Part shown: positions 18,463 through 28,461 of the stretch, in pieces
Layout of the letters: every line of letters starts with the position of its first letter
Numbering within the stretch: the stretch's first letter is position 1
Assembly (NCBI GenBank): GCA_965204675.1
Contig: OZ242003.1
Span: forward strand, 5,901,295-5,965,294
Direction of reading: 5' to 3'
DNA: 64,000 nucleotides
DNA from: Vicinamibacterales bacterium
GTDB taxonomy: Bacteria; Acidobacteriota; Vicinamibacteria; Vicinamibacterales; UBA8438
Notes under the pieces: generated by a model
Database searches by the model: none
Told to the model about the DNA's origin: nothing
What the model saw: only the letters and a program-made list of their open reading frames with translations
Program-made: the position numbers and the translations under genes

Positions 18463-20631
18463 CTACGCCAGCCCCGCCTGACGGAGCAGGAACGCGTACT
18501 GCAGCGCTGTCTCGCGGTAGCGGCGGTAGCGGCCGGAGACGCCGCCGTGGCCGGCGTCCAGGTTGGTCTTGAGCAGCAGCGGACGGGTGTCGGTCTTCAG
18601 GGCGCGCAGCTTCGCCACCCACTTCGCGGGCTCCCAGTACTGCACCTGGGAGTCGTGCAGGCCGGCGAGGACGAGCAGGGCGGGATAGTCGCGGGCAGTG
18701 ACGTTGTCGTAGGGCGAGTAGGCGAGGATGTCGTCGAACGCGGCGCGCTCGCGGGGATTGCCCCACTCGTCGTACTCGCCGGTGGTCAGGGGAATGGAGT
18801 CGTCGAGCATGGTCGTCAGCACGTCGACGAACGGGACCTGGGCGACCGCGCCGGCGAAGAGGTCGGGGCGCAGGTTGAGGACCGCGCCCATCAGCAGCCC
18901 GCCGGCGCTGCCGCCCATGGCGTAGAGGCGGTCGGACCGCGTGTAGCCCTGGCGGACGAGGTGCTCGGCGCAGGCGATGAAGTCGGTGAACGTGTTCCGC
19001 TTGCGGCCCAGGCGCCCGTCGTCGTACCAGTGCCGGCCGAGCTCCTGCCCCCCGCGCACGTGGGCGATCGCGAACCGGAAACCGCGGTCGAGCAGGCTCA
19101 GCCGCGCCGAGTTGAACGCGGGGTCCATCGAGATCCCGTAGGCCCCGTACCCGTACAGCAGCAGCGGTCGCGTCCCGTCCCGCGGCGTGCCGGCCCGCGC
19201 GACGAGCGAGATGGGCACCTGCCGCCCGTCGGAGGCGGTCGCGAGCACCCGCTCGGCCGCGTAGTCCGCCGGGTCGAAGCCTCCCAGCACCTCCTGACGC
19301 TTCAGCAGGGTGCGCGAGCGCGCCTCCATGTCGTAGTCGTAGGTCGACCGCGGCGTGGTCAGCGACTCGTAGCCGAACCGCAGCAGGCGGGTGTCGGCCT
19401 CGCGGTTCACCGACACGTGCACGTCGTAGACCGGCTCGTCGAAGGCGATGTCGTGCGCGCCGTCCCCCGACCAGGGACGCACGTGCAGTCGGCTCAGGCC
19501 GCCGCGACGCTCCTGCAGCACGAGATGGCCGCGGAACAGCGCCAACGACTCGAGGAGCACGTCGTCGCGGTGCGGCACCACCTCGACCCACCGCTCGGGC
19601 GGGGTCCCGGCGGCGCCGGTTTCCATCAACCGGAAGTTGCGGGCGCGGTGGTTGGTGCGCACGTAGAAGCGGTCGCGATAGTGGTCGACGTCGTACTCGT
19701 GGTCGCGCTCGCGGGGCCAGAACACGTCGAACGCGCCGTCGGGCCGGTCGGCGTCGAGCAGCCGGTACTCGGTGGACACCGTCTGCGCCGACGCGATCAG
19801 CAGGTAGCGTTTCGACCGGCTTTTCCCCACCTCGCAGTTGAACGTCTCGTCCGCCTCCTCGTAGACGAGGACGTCCTCGGCCTGCGGGGTGCCCAGCGTG
19901 TGCCGCCAGACCTGGTGCCAGCGCAGCGTCTCGGGATGCTGGCGCGTGTAGAAGAGGGTGCGGTTGTCGTTGGCCCAGACGAGGTTGCTCGTCACGCCCG
20001 CCAACTCGTCCTCGAGCAGGGCATCGGCGGCCAGGTCCTTCACACGGATGGTGTGGATGCGGCGGCCTTCGACGTCGATCGCATAGCCGAGCAGGCGCCC
20101 GTCGGGGCTGACCTCCAGCGCCGACACCTGGCAGAAGTCGTGCCCCTCGGCCAAGGCGTTGACGTCAAGCAGAACCTGCTCCTCATCGACCGCTGTCGGG
20201 GCGTCAGCCAGCCGCCGGCAGTGGATGGGGTACTCCCGCCCGTCCTCGTATCGGGTGTAGTAGAGGTGCTCGCCCTCCCGGTACGGCACCGACATGTCGG
20301 TCTGCTTGATGCGCCCCTTGATCTCGGTGAACAGGGTCTCCTGCAAGTCCTCGGTCGGCGCCATCACCGCCTGCGTGTAGGCGTTCTCGGCCTCGAGATG
20401 GGCGGTGACGGCGGGGTCGCCGCGCTCGCGCAGCCAGTGGTAGTCGTCGACGCGCACCACGCCGTGCGTCTCGTGGCGCACGGGAGAGACCCGCGCCCGC
20501 GGCGCGGGAATCCCCGCCGTGGAGAGCGCCGCCGGCGAGGGAGGCCCGACCGCCGTCACCGCGTCTTCACCGGCAACGTCCCCGGCGGGTGGAGCACCTG
20601 CCGGACGTGTCGAAGGCTCGCCCGCCGTCAC
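18463..20631 (-). CDS. ptrB: Oligopeptidase B (peptidase S9A)
   Basis: RVDDYHWLR, LYGYGAYG, HVRGGQELG, GGSAGG (Ser), YDEWGNP, GLHDSQVQYWEPAKW and AGHGG. The start is GTG 20631 or 20559. Confidence 0.92.
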   Translation of the reverse strand: MTAGEPSTRPAGAPPAGDVAGEDAVTAVGPPSPAALSTAGIPAPRARVSPVRHETHGVVRVDDYHWLRERGDPAVTAHLEAENAYTQAVMAPTEDLQETLFTEIKGRIKQTDMSVPYREGEHLYYTRYEDGREYPIHCRRLADAPTAVDEEQVLLDVNALAEGHDFCQVSALEVSPDGRLLGYAIDVEGRRIHTIRVKDLAADALLEDELAGVTSNLVWANDNRTLFYTRQHPETLRWHQVWRHTLGTPQAEDVLVYEEADETFNCEVGKSRSKRYLLIASAQTVSTEYRLLDADRPDGAFDVFWPRERDHEYDVDHYRDRFYVRTNHRARNFRLMETGAAGTPPERWVEVVPHRDDVLLESLALFRGHLVLQERRGGLSRLHVRPWSGDGAHDIAFDEPVYDVHVSVNREADTRLLRFGYESLTTPRSTYDYDMEARSRTLLKRQEVLGGFDPADYAAERVLATASDGRQVPISLVARAGTPRDGTRPLLLYGYGAYGISMDPAFNSARLSLLDRGFRFAIAHVRGGQELGRHWYDDGRLGRKRNTFTDFIACAEHLVRQGYTRSDRLYAMGGSAGGLLMGAVLNLRPDLFAGAVAQVPFVDVLTTMLDDSIPLTTGEYDEWGNPRERAAFDDILAYSPYDNVTARDYPALLVLAGLHDSQVQYWEPAKWVAKLRALKTDTRPLLLKTNLDAGHGGVSGRYRRYRETALQYAFLLRQAGLA

Positions 20632-23600
20632 GGCGTCTTCACCGGCGGGGCGGGGCGCGTGGGCAGCGGCCGCGGGTCCTCCCGGATCATCCGGGTGATC
20701 TCCGCGATGGCCCGCTCGAGTTGGGGGTCGCCGCCCGCGATGACCGACTTCGGGTCGTTCTCGACCTCGATGTCGGGCTCGACCCCGTAGCCCTCGATGA
20801 CCCAGCTCCCGTCGCGGCCGGCGGTGCCGAACTCGGGCACGTTGACGGAACCCCCGTCGATGAGCGGCCCGCGGTTGGTGATGCCGATGACGCCGCCCCA
20901 CGAGCGCTTCCCGATGAGCGGCCCGAGGCCCGCCGCCTTGAAGCGGGCGGGGAAGATGTCGCCGTCCGAGGCGGAGTCCTCGTCGAGGATGCACACGAGG
21001 TGGCCGGTGAACACCGTCGTGGGATAGGTCTCGGTGTTCTCCACCGTCCGCGAGAAGCCGGTGCCGAGGAGCTCGCGGCTCAGGCGCTGGATGAGCATCG
21101 CCGACACGTTGCCGCCCCCGTTGCCGCGCACGTCGATGATCAGGCCGTCCTTGCGGATCTGGCCGTAGAAGTACTTGATGAACTCCTGGATGCCGGCGAC
21201 GCCCATGTCGGGGATGTGCAGGTAGCCGACCCGCCCCTCCGTCGCCGCGTCGACCTTCATCCGGTTCGCGGTCACCTCGTCGAGGTAGCGCAGGTTGGTC
21301 TCGCTCGTGACGGGCCGGATGGTCACCTCGCGCGCCGCGCCCTCGGCGGCGGGGAACGCCGGCGCCGTGCTCAGGGTCAGCCGCACCGGGCGGTCCGCCT
21401 TGTGCCGCAGCAGGCGGTAGGGGTTGTCGCCGCCCGCGAGCTCCTCGCCGTCGATGGCGAGCACGTAGTCGCCGACGCCGGCGTCCACCCCGACCTCGGT
21501 CAGCGGCGCCCGGTAGCGCGGCTCCTCGTTGTGCCCCTCGAAGATCTCGGCCAGCCGGTAGCGGCCGGCGTCGCGGTCGAGCTCGAACACGGCCCCCGGC
21601 AGGGCCACCGGGGGCCGATCCGGGGTCTCCCAGTCGCCGCCGGCGATGTAGGCGTGGCTGACGCTCAGCTCCGCCACCATCTCGCCGATCACGTAGTTCA
21701 GGTCCGACCGGTGGGCAACGTGCTCGAGCCACGGGCGGTACTGCTCGCGCAGGGCCTCCCAGTCGTAGCCGTGCATGTTGTCGACGTAGAAGAAGTCGCG
21801 GAAGCGCCGCCACACCTCGTCGAAGATCTGCTCCCACTCCTCGGCCGGCACCCGGTCCACCATCAGCCCCGCCGTGGACACGGTGTCCGGGTCGCCGGCG
21901 CCCGAGGCGTTGTGCAACTGGAAACGCCCCCCGGTGGCGACGAGCACCTTCTCGCGGTCGCCGGACACCGCGTAGCCGCCGACGTTCGCGGCCAGCGTCT
22001 CGGTCTCGCGATCCTCGAACGAGAAGGTCTGCACCTCGGTCGGGACGTCGCCGCCGCGCCCGTAGAACTGCGCGCCGGTGCGGATGAAGAACACCCGGTC
22101 GTTGCCGGCGCTCAGCCCCACGTAGTTGTCGAACGTGACGGGCAGCCGGACGACCCGCCGCGCGAGGCCGTCGAACTCGATGCGGATCGGCCCCTCGTCG
22201 TCACCGTCGGCCGACGCGTCGTCGTCCCCGTCGTCCCCGCCCTCGTCCCCGGCGTCGTCGTCCGCCTCCACCGTCACCTCGTCGCTCTCCGGCGGCAGGG
22301 GGTGCGGCACGTCCTTCCGCAGGGCCAGCGCGTAGATGCCGGTCTCGCGGTCGACGAGGTAGTTCCACTCGAACGACCCGAGCTGGGGGGTGAACGAGCG
22401 GTCCGACAGGTAGTAGAGGTACTCGCCGTCGGGGTCCCAGGCCGGGTTCCACTCGTGGAACAGGTCGCTCGTCACCTGGCGCGACTCCCCGCCGGCCCGC
22501 TCCCAGACGTGGATCGAGCTGAAGCCGGTGTCGTCGGTCAGCGAGAACGCGAGGTAGCCGCCGCGCGGCGACCACACGTGGTCCTGGAGCTGCCCGTTCG
22601 CCTCGTCGGCGACGAGCGTCGACTCCCGCGACTCGACGTCGAGGACGTAGAGGCGGCCGTCCTTGTCGCTGAACGCCAACTGGTCCCCGTCGGGTGACCA
22701 CGACGGCGCGTACCGCATCGCCTCGCCGCCGTCCGTGAGCTGCTCGGCGGGGCCGCTGCCGTCCTGCGGCACGACGTAGATCTCGTCCTCGCCGTCGCGG
22801 TCCGAGACGAACGCGATGCGCGAGCCGTCGGGCGACCAGCGCGCCCACTTGTCGTGGGCGTCCGAGCTGCGGGTGAGGTTGCGGGTCGGGCCGTTCTCGA
22901 TCGGCGCCGTGAACACGTCGCCGCGGGCCACGAACAGGGCGCGCTCGCCCTTGGGGCTCAGCTCGAAGTCCTCGATCTGCCCCGCCGCCGACACCCGCGC
23001 CGGCCGCGCCGCCACCCCGTCGTCGGGCACCACGATGGGAATCGGCCGCGACTCGCCGCCGTCGATGCTGTAGAGGTGCAGCTCGCCGTTCATCTCGTAG
23101 ACGATCCGGTTCGCGCCGTCGTCGCCGGGCCACCGCACGTCCCACTGCGTGCTGTCGGTGAGCTGCGCGGTCTGGCCGCCGCCGAGGTCGAACCTGTACA
23201 GGTTCAGGGTGCCGTCGCGGTCGGACGTGAAGTAGATGGCGTCGCCGATCCACATCGGGTCGCGGTCGGCGCGCGGATGGTCGGTGACCCGCTCGACGTC
23301 GTGGGTCTCGCGGTCGAACACGTAGAGCTCCTGCGCCCAGCCCCCCTCGTAGCGCTTCCACGTCCGGAAGTCGCGGAACAGCGGCGAGTACACCACCCGG
23401 GTGCCGTCCGGGGAGAGGTCCCCCGCGCCCGACTCGGGCATCGGCAGGGGCACGGGGAGCCCCCCGTCGGTCGAGGCGAGGAAGAGACGGCTGTCCGACA
23501 GGTCGGTGCTGTAGCGCAGCGACCGGAACAGCACCGACCCCCCGTCCGGGGTCCAGTCGTAGACCTGGTTGTCGTAGCCCCAGCGCGGCGCGAGCGGCCC

Positions 23601-23924
23601 GCGGGCCGGATACCACGTCAACTGCCGCGGCACGCCGCCCGCCGTCGGCACGACGTAGACCTGCTCGTCGCCGTCGTACTGACCCGTGAACGCGATCCAC
23701 TGCCCGTCGGGAGAGAACTTCGGGAAGATCTCCAGCCCCGGGTGGGCAGTCACCCGCACGGCCGTACCGCCCGCCGTCGGCACGGTCCACAGGTCCCCCG
23801 CGTACACGAACACGATGCGGTCGCCGTGCACGTCCGGGAACCTCAACAGCCGGGTCTGGGCGCCGGCCGGCGCTGCCATCGCGACGAGCGTTACCAATGC
23901 CGCCAGATATCGAACTGTCCTCAT
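20628..23924 (-). CDS. Tricorn-type protease (S41), exported
   Basis: Signal peptide; LLRFPDVHGDRIVF, TolB-like propellers, PDZ region, GYLHIPDM, IDVRGNGGG and SASDGD. Confidence 0.92.
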   Translation of the reverse strand: MRTVRYLAALVTLVAMAAPAGAQTRLLRFPDVHGDRIVFVYAGDLWTVPTAGGTAVRVTAHPGLEIFPKFSPDGQWIAFTGQYDGDEQVYVVPTAGGVPRQLTWYPARGPLAPRWGYDNQVYDWTPDGGSVLFRSLRYSTDLSDSRLFLASTDGGLPVPLPMPESGAGDLSPDGTRVVYSPLFRDFRTWKRYEGGWAQELYVFDRETHDVERVTDHPRADRDPMWIGDAIYFTSDRDGTLNLYRFDLGGGQTAQLTDSTQWDVRWPGDDGANRIVYEMNGELHLYSIDGGESRPIPIVVPDDGVAARPARVSAAGQIEDFELSPKGERALFVARGDVFTAPIENGPTRNLTRSSDAHDKWARWSPDGSRIAFVSDRDGEDEIYVVPQDGSGPAEQLTDGGEAMRYAPSWSPDGDQLAFSDKDGRLYVLDVESRESTLVADEANGQLQDHVWSPRGGYLAFSLTDDTGFSSIHVWERAGGESRQVTSDLFHEWNPAWDPDGEYLYYLSDRSFTPQLGSFEWNYLVDRETGIYALALRKDVPHPLPPESDEVTVEADDDAGDEGGDDGDDDASADGDDEGPIRIEFDGLARRVVRLPVTFDNYVGLSAGNDRVFFIRTGAQFYGRGGDVPTEVQTFSFEDRETETLAANVGGYAVSGDREKVLVATGGRFQLHNASGAGDPDTVSTAGLMVDRVPAEEWEQIFDEVWRRFRDFFYVDNMHGYDWEALREQYRPWLEHVAHRSDLNYVIGEMVAELSVSHAYIAGGDWETPDRPPVALPGAVFELDRDAGRYRLAEIFEGHNEEPRYRAPLTEVGVDAGVGDYVLAIDGEELAGGDNPYRLLRHKADRPVRLTLSTAPAFPAAEGAAREVTIRPVTSETNLRYLDEVTANRMKVDAATEGRVGYLHIPDMGVAGIQEFIKYFYGQIRKDGLIIDVRGNGGGNVSAMLIQRLSRELLGTGFSRTVENTETYPTTVFTGHLVCILDEDSASDGDIFPARFKAAGLGPLIGKRSWGGVIGITNRGPLIDGGSVNVPEFGTAGRDGSWVIEGYGVEPDIEVENDPKSVIAGGDPQLERAIAEITRMIREDPRPLPTRPAPPVKTP

Positions 23925-24003
23925 GACGTTTTCTCCGGGCGCCCGGCCAGCCGCGCCGGACCGCCCCTTGCTTCTCCGGTGGGCTCCCCCCACCGTTTCC
24001 GTC

Positions 24004-27000
24004 CTACTCGGACCGCAGCGACGCCAACAGCGGCGACCGCACCGCGGCGGCGGTGGCGGCCAGCGACGAGGCGAGGCCGGCCGCGGCCACCGCGAGCAGC
24101 ATGCCGCCCAGCCCCACGACGGGGAACTGGCCGCCCCGCTCGATCCACGCCGGGGCTATCGCCACGACCGCGCACACCGTGCCGATGGCGAGGCCGCCGA
24201 ACAGGAGCAGGCCGTTCTCGACCAGCACCATCAGCGACACGTGCCGCGTGTCGTAGCCCACGGCGCGCAGCAGGGCCAGCTCGCGCCGCCGCTCCAGCAC
24301 GTTCCTGAGCAGCACCGCCCCCAGCCCCAGCGTCCCCAGCAGGAGGCCGAGGGCCCCCAGGGTCTGGAACGTGGCGAGGTAGGTGTTGTTGACGCGGTGG
24401 AAGGCGGCGAGGCGCTCCGGCGTCGAGGTGACGTCGAACCCGTAGTCGGCGAGCCGGTCCTCGAGGGCCGCGGTCGCCTCCGCGGTCCGGTCCACCGGCG
24501 TGTCCACGAGGAAGAAGCGGTACCCGTCGTGCTCGGGGAACAGGCGCAGGAACGCCGCCTCGCCGACGATCAGCTCGCGCTGGAAGATGCTGTCGGAGAG
24601 GGCCGCGACGATGCGCAAGGTGACGGGGTTGTCGCTCTCCCGGTTGAGCACGAAGTCGTCGCCCACCGAGAGGTGCAGCGCGTAGGCCAGCGACGTCGCG
24701 TCGGCGATGGCGGGGACCGCCCCGTCGTCGAAGACGCGGTCGAGGAGCAGCCAGGGGTTGGCGGCCTCCTCTTCCGTCTCGGCCAGCGTCGCCCCGAACC
24801 GGAAGCGCCCCTCCGGCAGGAACGCCGCCTCGGGCGCGAGCAGCCGCGGGTCCTTCGCCTGGTAGAGGTTGAGGCAGCTCGTGTCCTCGCCCGGCCGCAG
24901 ACGGAACCGCGCGTAGGACACATCGGCGAAGATCTCGTCGTCGAACGACGACACCCCCAGCTCTTCCCGCTCGTCCTCCGACCCGAGGTCGCGGACGATC
25001 GGCAGCAGCGACTCGGCCAGGAGCGGATAGCCGCCGGTGCCCGACGACCGGCCGCCGACGTCTCCCCCACCCTCGAGATGGAAGGCGTCGACGGCCACGA
25101 TGATGAACGAGGCGAACGCGATGAGGGTGATGCACAGGACGGAACGGCCGGGGCGGGCCGTGGTGTTGCGCAGTCCGACCCGGGACACCGTCCACGTCGA
25201 CGGCGCCGCCACGCCGGCCGGCGCCTGCCGGCCCAGCCACGACCACGACAGCGTGAGCAGCGACGCCAGCAGCAGCATGCCCGCCCCGAAGAAGCCGGCG
25301 GTGTCGCCGACGACGCCGGCCACGGTCACCGCAAGCACGGCTGCGCCGAGCAGCCCGAGGACGGCGGGGGCGTGGCGCGCGGCGGCGGCGGCGCGCGAAG
25401 GCGGCGCGTCCCCGTCGCCATCGCCGGGCGACGCGACGGCCCCGGACGAGGGCAGCACGCCGTGGATGAGGGCGCGCGGGGTCGCCCGCGCCACCATGCG
25501 CAGGCTCCACGCGATGGACACCACCGCCGCCGCCATGCCGCCGCCGATGCCCGCGGCGAGGGCGACGGGCGACACGTGCAGCACGAGCAGGGTGGTGCCC
25601 ACCGCGTCGACCCACCACGTGCGCAGGCCCCACATGATCAGCTCGGCGTAGCCCACCGCGCCGGCCGCCCCCACGAGCCCCCCGACGAGAGAGAGGGCCC
25701 CCGCCTCCGCCCAGAACAGCCGCCGCACGCTCCCCTCGTCGAAGCCGAGGGCGCGCAGGGCGCCGATCTCGCGCAGGCGCTGCTCGACCCCGAGGCGGAA
25801 GAAGAGGCTCGCGAGCAGCAGGGCCGACACCACGAGGAAGAAGCTGAAGTAGGTGAAGTACTCGCCGAAGTCGGTCACCCCGGCCGACGCCTCGAGGGCG
25901 AGGTCGCGGGCGGGATAGACGACGAAGCCGGCCCCGAGGGGATCGAGCCGGGGCCGGAGCGCGTCGCGGAAGGCCGCCGCCGCGAGGTCCGAGACCCCGT
26001 CCGGCGGAAAGACCCGTAGCGAGGTCACCTGTCCCCACCGGGAGCCCCAGAGCCGCTGGCCGTCCTCGAGGGCGATGAACCCCTTCGACGCGGTCCGATA
26101 CTCGTCCCAGTAGTCCTCGTCCTTCGGGCGCACGAGGCCGAGGTCGATGGGGAACGGCGGGTCCCAGTCGGACAGGTCCGTGGCCTCGGTGATGCCGGGG
26201 TACTCCGGCGCGAGGTCCTGGTCGACGGCCAGCCCCGCCATCGGCACCACCCCGGCCACCCGGAAATCGGCGGTCTCGGTGACCAGCGCGCCCGCCTCTT
26301 CCCACAGGTAGTACTGCAGGGTCACCGTATCGCCGGGCGCCGCCTCGAGATCGTCGGCCGTCCACGCGTTCAGCCAGATCGGCGGCGGTGCCTCGTCGGC
26401 CGCCTCGCCGCCGGCGACAGGGGCGGTCGGCGCCACCGCGGCGACGGGCGGCGCGACCTGTCCGCGAGCCGGGTCGGCGCCACCGCGCGGGCCGGCGCCG
26501 AGCGGGGTCCCCGCGGCGGGCGGCGCGACCTGTCCGCCGGCCGGGCCGGCGGCCCCGCCCGGGTCGGGGCCGAGTGGAACCCCCGCGCCGGACGCCGCGT
26601 CTCCCGGCGGGGCGACGCCCAGCGACGCGAGATCCAGCGCGGTCACCAGCGAGTACGGCGTGACCCGCTCGCCCCGCCGGATCTCGTTGGCCAGATAGGT
26701 CAGGATGGGTTGCTCGCCCAGGTCGCCGCCCGCGGTCGCGGCCCGCGCGGCGGCGACGACGTCGTCGTTCAGCAGCCCCGCCGTCGACTCCACCGCCAGG
26801 GCGCCCGGCCCCGGAAGCGCCCGCACCCGCAGACCGAGGTCGCCGAGCTGCGTGGTGGCCCGCAGGGCCGCCTCGATGCCGGCCACCGCCGGCGCCCCCG
26901 CTCCGACCCCCGCTAGCAGCAGGGTGTTGGCTTCGCGGCCCAGCTCGAGGTCGCGCTGCATGCGCTCGAGATTGACGAAGACGGCGCGCGAGAACCCCTG

Positions 27001-27702
27001 CTGGGGCCGGAACGAGAACTCCCCCAGGTCGGCGGGGGCGAGCACCTCGCGGATGCCCAGCCGCATCGTGCTCCCCAGGTCGTCGCGCCGCCCGTGCAAC
27101 GAGCTGACGGGGATGGCCGAGGGCTTCTGCACCCGAACGAGCAGCGTGTCCTCGGCCGCCGCGCCGAGCTCGCGGGCGAGGCCGCCGCTCACCAGCACCT
27201 CGCCGGGCCCGGGTCCGCGCCCGCCGTCCAGGGCCGCGCCGTCGGGCCTGCCGTCTGGCCCGCTGCCAAGCCCGCCGTCAGGCCCACCGTCAGTTGTGTT
27301 GAAGGCCCAGAACCGGTCGTCCACCCCGTAGACCTGGATGCCGCCGGCGCGGCTGCCGCTCTCCTGGTGGGTGACGAAGCCCTCGAGCGCGATCATCGGC
27401 ACCGCCGTCGCCGCCGCAGGCGACCCTGCCGCCGGCGACGCGCCGGCCGCGGAGCCGCCGAGCGCGTCGGAGGCCACCACCTCCTCGGCGAGCGCCTCCC
27501 GAAAGAACGCGCCGGCCGTCACGACGTGGTCGACGCTCCCCAGCCGCTGCAGGGCGAGGTCGCGCAGGCTGGCCCGCACCGACGTCCCCACCAGGAACGC
27601 CCCCGCGAGCACCGACACCGCCACGCCGACCCCGGCGACCACCGCGAGGTTGATCCGCCAGAAGTGGGTCAGGCTCCGGAGCAGCAGGGTGATGGAGGTC
27701 AT
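24004..27702 (-). CDS. Large fused double FtsX/MacB-like ABC permease
   Basis: FWRINLAVVAGV TM start, large periplasmic domains, EQRLREIGALRALG and ERRRELALLRAVG FtsX motifs. Confidence 0.85.
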   Translation of the reverse strand: MTSITLLLRSLTHFWRINLAVVAGVGVAVSVLAGAFLVGTSVRASLRDLALQRLGSVDHVVTAGAFFREALAEEVVASDALGGSAAGASPAAGSPAAATAVPMIALEGFVTHQESGSRAGGIQVYGVDDRFWAFNTTDGGPDGGLGSGPDGRPDGAALDGGRGPGPGEVLVSGGLARELGAAAEDTLLVRVQKPSAIPVSSLHGRRDDLGSTMRLGIREVLAPADLGEFSFRPQQGFSRAVFVNLERMQRDLELGREANTLLLAGVGAGAPAVAGIEAALRATTQLGDLGLRVRALPGPGALAVESTAGLLNDDVVAAARAATAGGDLGEQPILTYLANEIRRGERVTPYSLVTALDLASLGVAPPGDAASGAGVPLGPDPGGAAGPAGGQVAPPAAGTPLGAGPRGGADPARGQVAPPVAAVAPTAPVAGGEAADEAPPPIWLNAWTADDLEAAPGDTVTLQYYLWEEAGALVTETADFRVAGVVPMAGLAVDQDLAPEYPGITEATDLSDWDPPFPIDLGLVRPKDEDYWDEYRTASKGFIALEDGQRLWGSRWGQVTSLRVFPPDGVSDLAAAAFRDALRPRLDPLGAGFVVYPARDLALEASAGVTDFGEYFTYFSFFLVVSALLLASLFFRLGVEQRLREIGALRALGFDEGSVRRLFWAEAGALSLVGGLVGAAGAVGYAELIMWGLRTWWVDAVGTTLLVLHVSPVALAAGIGGGMAAAVVSIAWSLRMVARATPRALIHGVLPSSGAVASPGDGDGDAPPSRAAAAARHAPAVLGLLGAAVLAVTVAGVVGDTAGFFGAGMLLLASLLTLSWSWLGRQAPAGVAAPSTWTVSRVGLRNTTARPGRSVLCITLIAFASFIIVAVDAFHLEGGGDVGGRSSGTGGYPLLAESLLPIVRDLGSEDEREELGVSSFDDEIFADVSYARFRLRPGEDTSCLNLYQAKDPRLLAPEAAFLPEGRFRFGATLAETEEEAANPWLLLDRVFDDGAVPAIADATSLAYALHLSVGDDFVLNRESDNPVTLRIVAALSDSIFQRELIVGEAAFLRLFPEHDGYRFFLVDTPVDRTAEATAALEDRLADYGFDVTSTPERLAAFHRVNNTYLATFQTLGALGLLLGTLGLGAVLLRNVLERRRELALLRAVGYDTRHVSLMVLVENGLLLFGGLAIGTVCAVVAIAPAWIERGGQFPVVGLGGMLLAVAAAGLASSLAATAAAVRSPLLASLRSE

Positions 27703-28418
27703 GGTCGTCCGCTCCCCGTCGTCTCGCCGCCGGCGGCGACGTTCTCGTCACCGTCCACGCGCTTCAGCCCCAGGCCCTCGAGCCGGTAGCGGATGGGGCA
27801 CCGCGCCGCCAGCTCGACGTTGTGGGTCACCACCAGCAGCACCGTCTCCTGCCCCCCGTGCAGGTCGAACAGCATGTCGGCCACGACCTCGCCGGCGGCG
27901 CGGTCGAGGTTGCCGGTGGGCTCGTCGCACAGCAGCAGCGGCGGGCGGCGGATCAGGGCGCGGGCGAGGGCGACGCGCTGGCGCTCTCCCCCGGACAGCT
28001 CGGCGGGACGGTGGTCGAGCCGGTCGGCGAGGCCCGCCCGCCCCAGCAGCTCGCGGGCGCGGTCCCCCGCCCCGTCCACCGGGTCCCCCACCAGGGTCGG
28101 CACCAGCACGTTCTCGAGCACCGTGCACTGCGGCAGCAGCAGGTGGTCCTGGAAGACGAAGCCGACGCGGCGGTTGCGAAACGCCGCGAGCTCGGCCGAC
28201 GCGAGGGCGAACGGGTCGACGCCGTCGAGGGTGACGCTGCCCGCGGTGGGCGGCTCGAGGGCGCCCAGGATGTAGAGCAGGGTGCTCTTCCCGCTGCCCG
28301 ACGGCCCCACGATGGAGGCCGCCTCACCGGGTCTCAGCGCGAAATCGACCCCGGAGAGGATGTCGAGGGCGCCCCGCGGCGTCGGATACGACTTCGCGAG
28401 GCCGGTGACTTCGAGCAC
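27699..28418 (-). CDS. LolD/MacB-type ABC ATP-binding protein
   Basis: GPSGSGKST, GFVFQDHLL, LSGGERQR and LLCDEPTGNLD; ATGA overlap with the permease. Confidence 0.92.
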   Translation of the reverse strand: MLEVTGLAKSYPTPRGALDILSGVDFALRPGEAASIVGPSGSGKSTLLYILGALEPPTAGSVTLDGVDPFALASAELAAFRNRRVGFVFQDHLLLPQCTVLENVLVPTLVGDPVDGAGDRARELLGRAGLADRLDHRPAELSGGERQRVALARALIRRPPLLLCDEPTGNLDRAAGEVVADMLFDLHGGQETVLLVVTHNVELAARCPIRYRLEGLGLKRVDGDENVAAGGETTGSGRP

Positions 28419-28461
28419 TGGGACCTCCAGGGCCGGGCCGACCAGCGCCCGGCCAACCGGG

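Noticed and set aside
26400-26600. Repeated GQVAPP segments in the large permease
   Set aside because: A low-complexity linker duplication inside a periplasmic loop. Nothing suggests a separate element.
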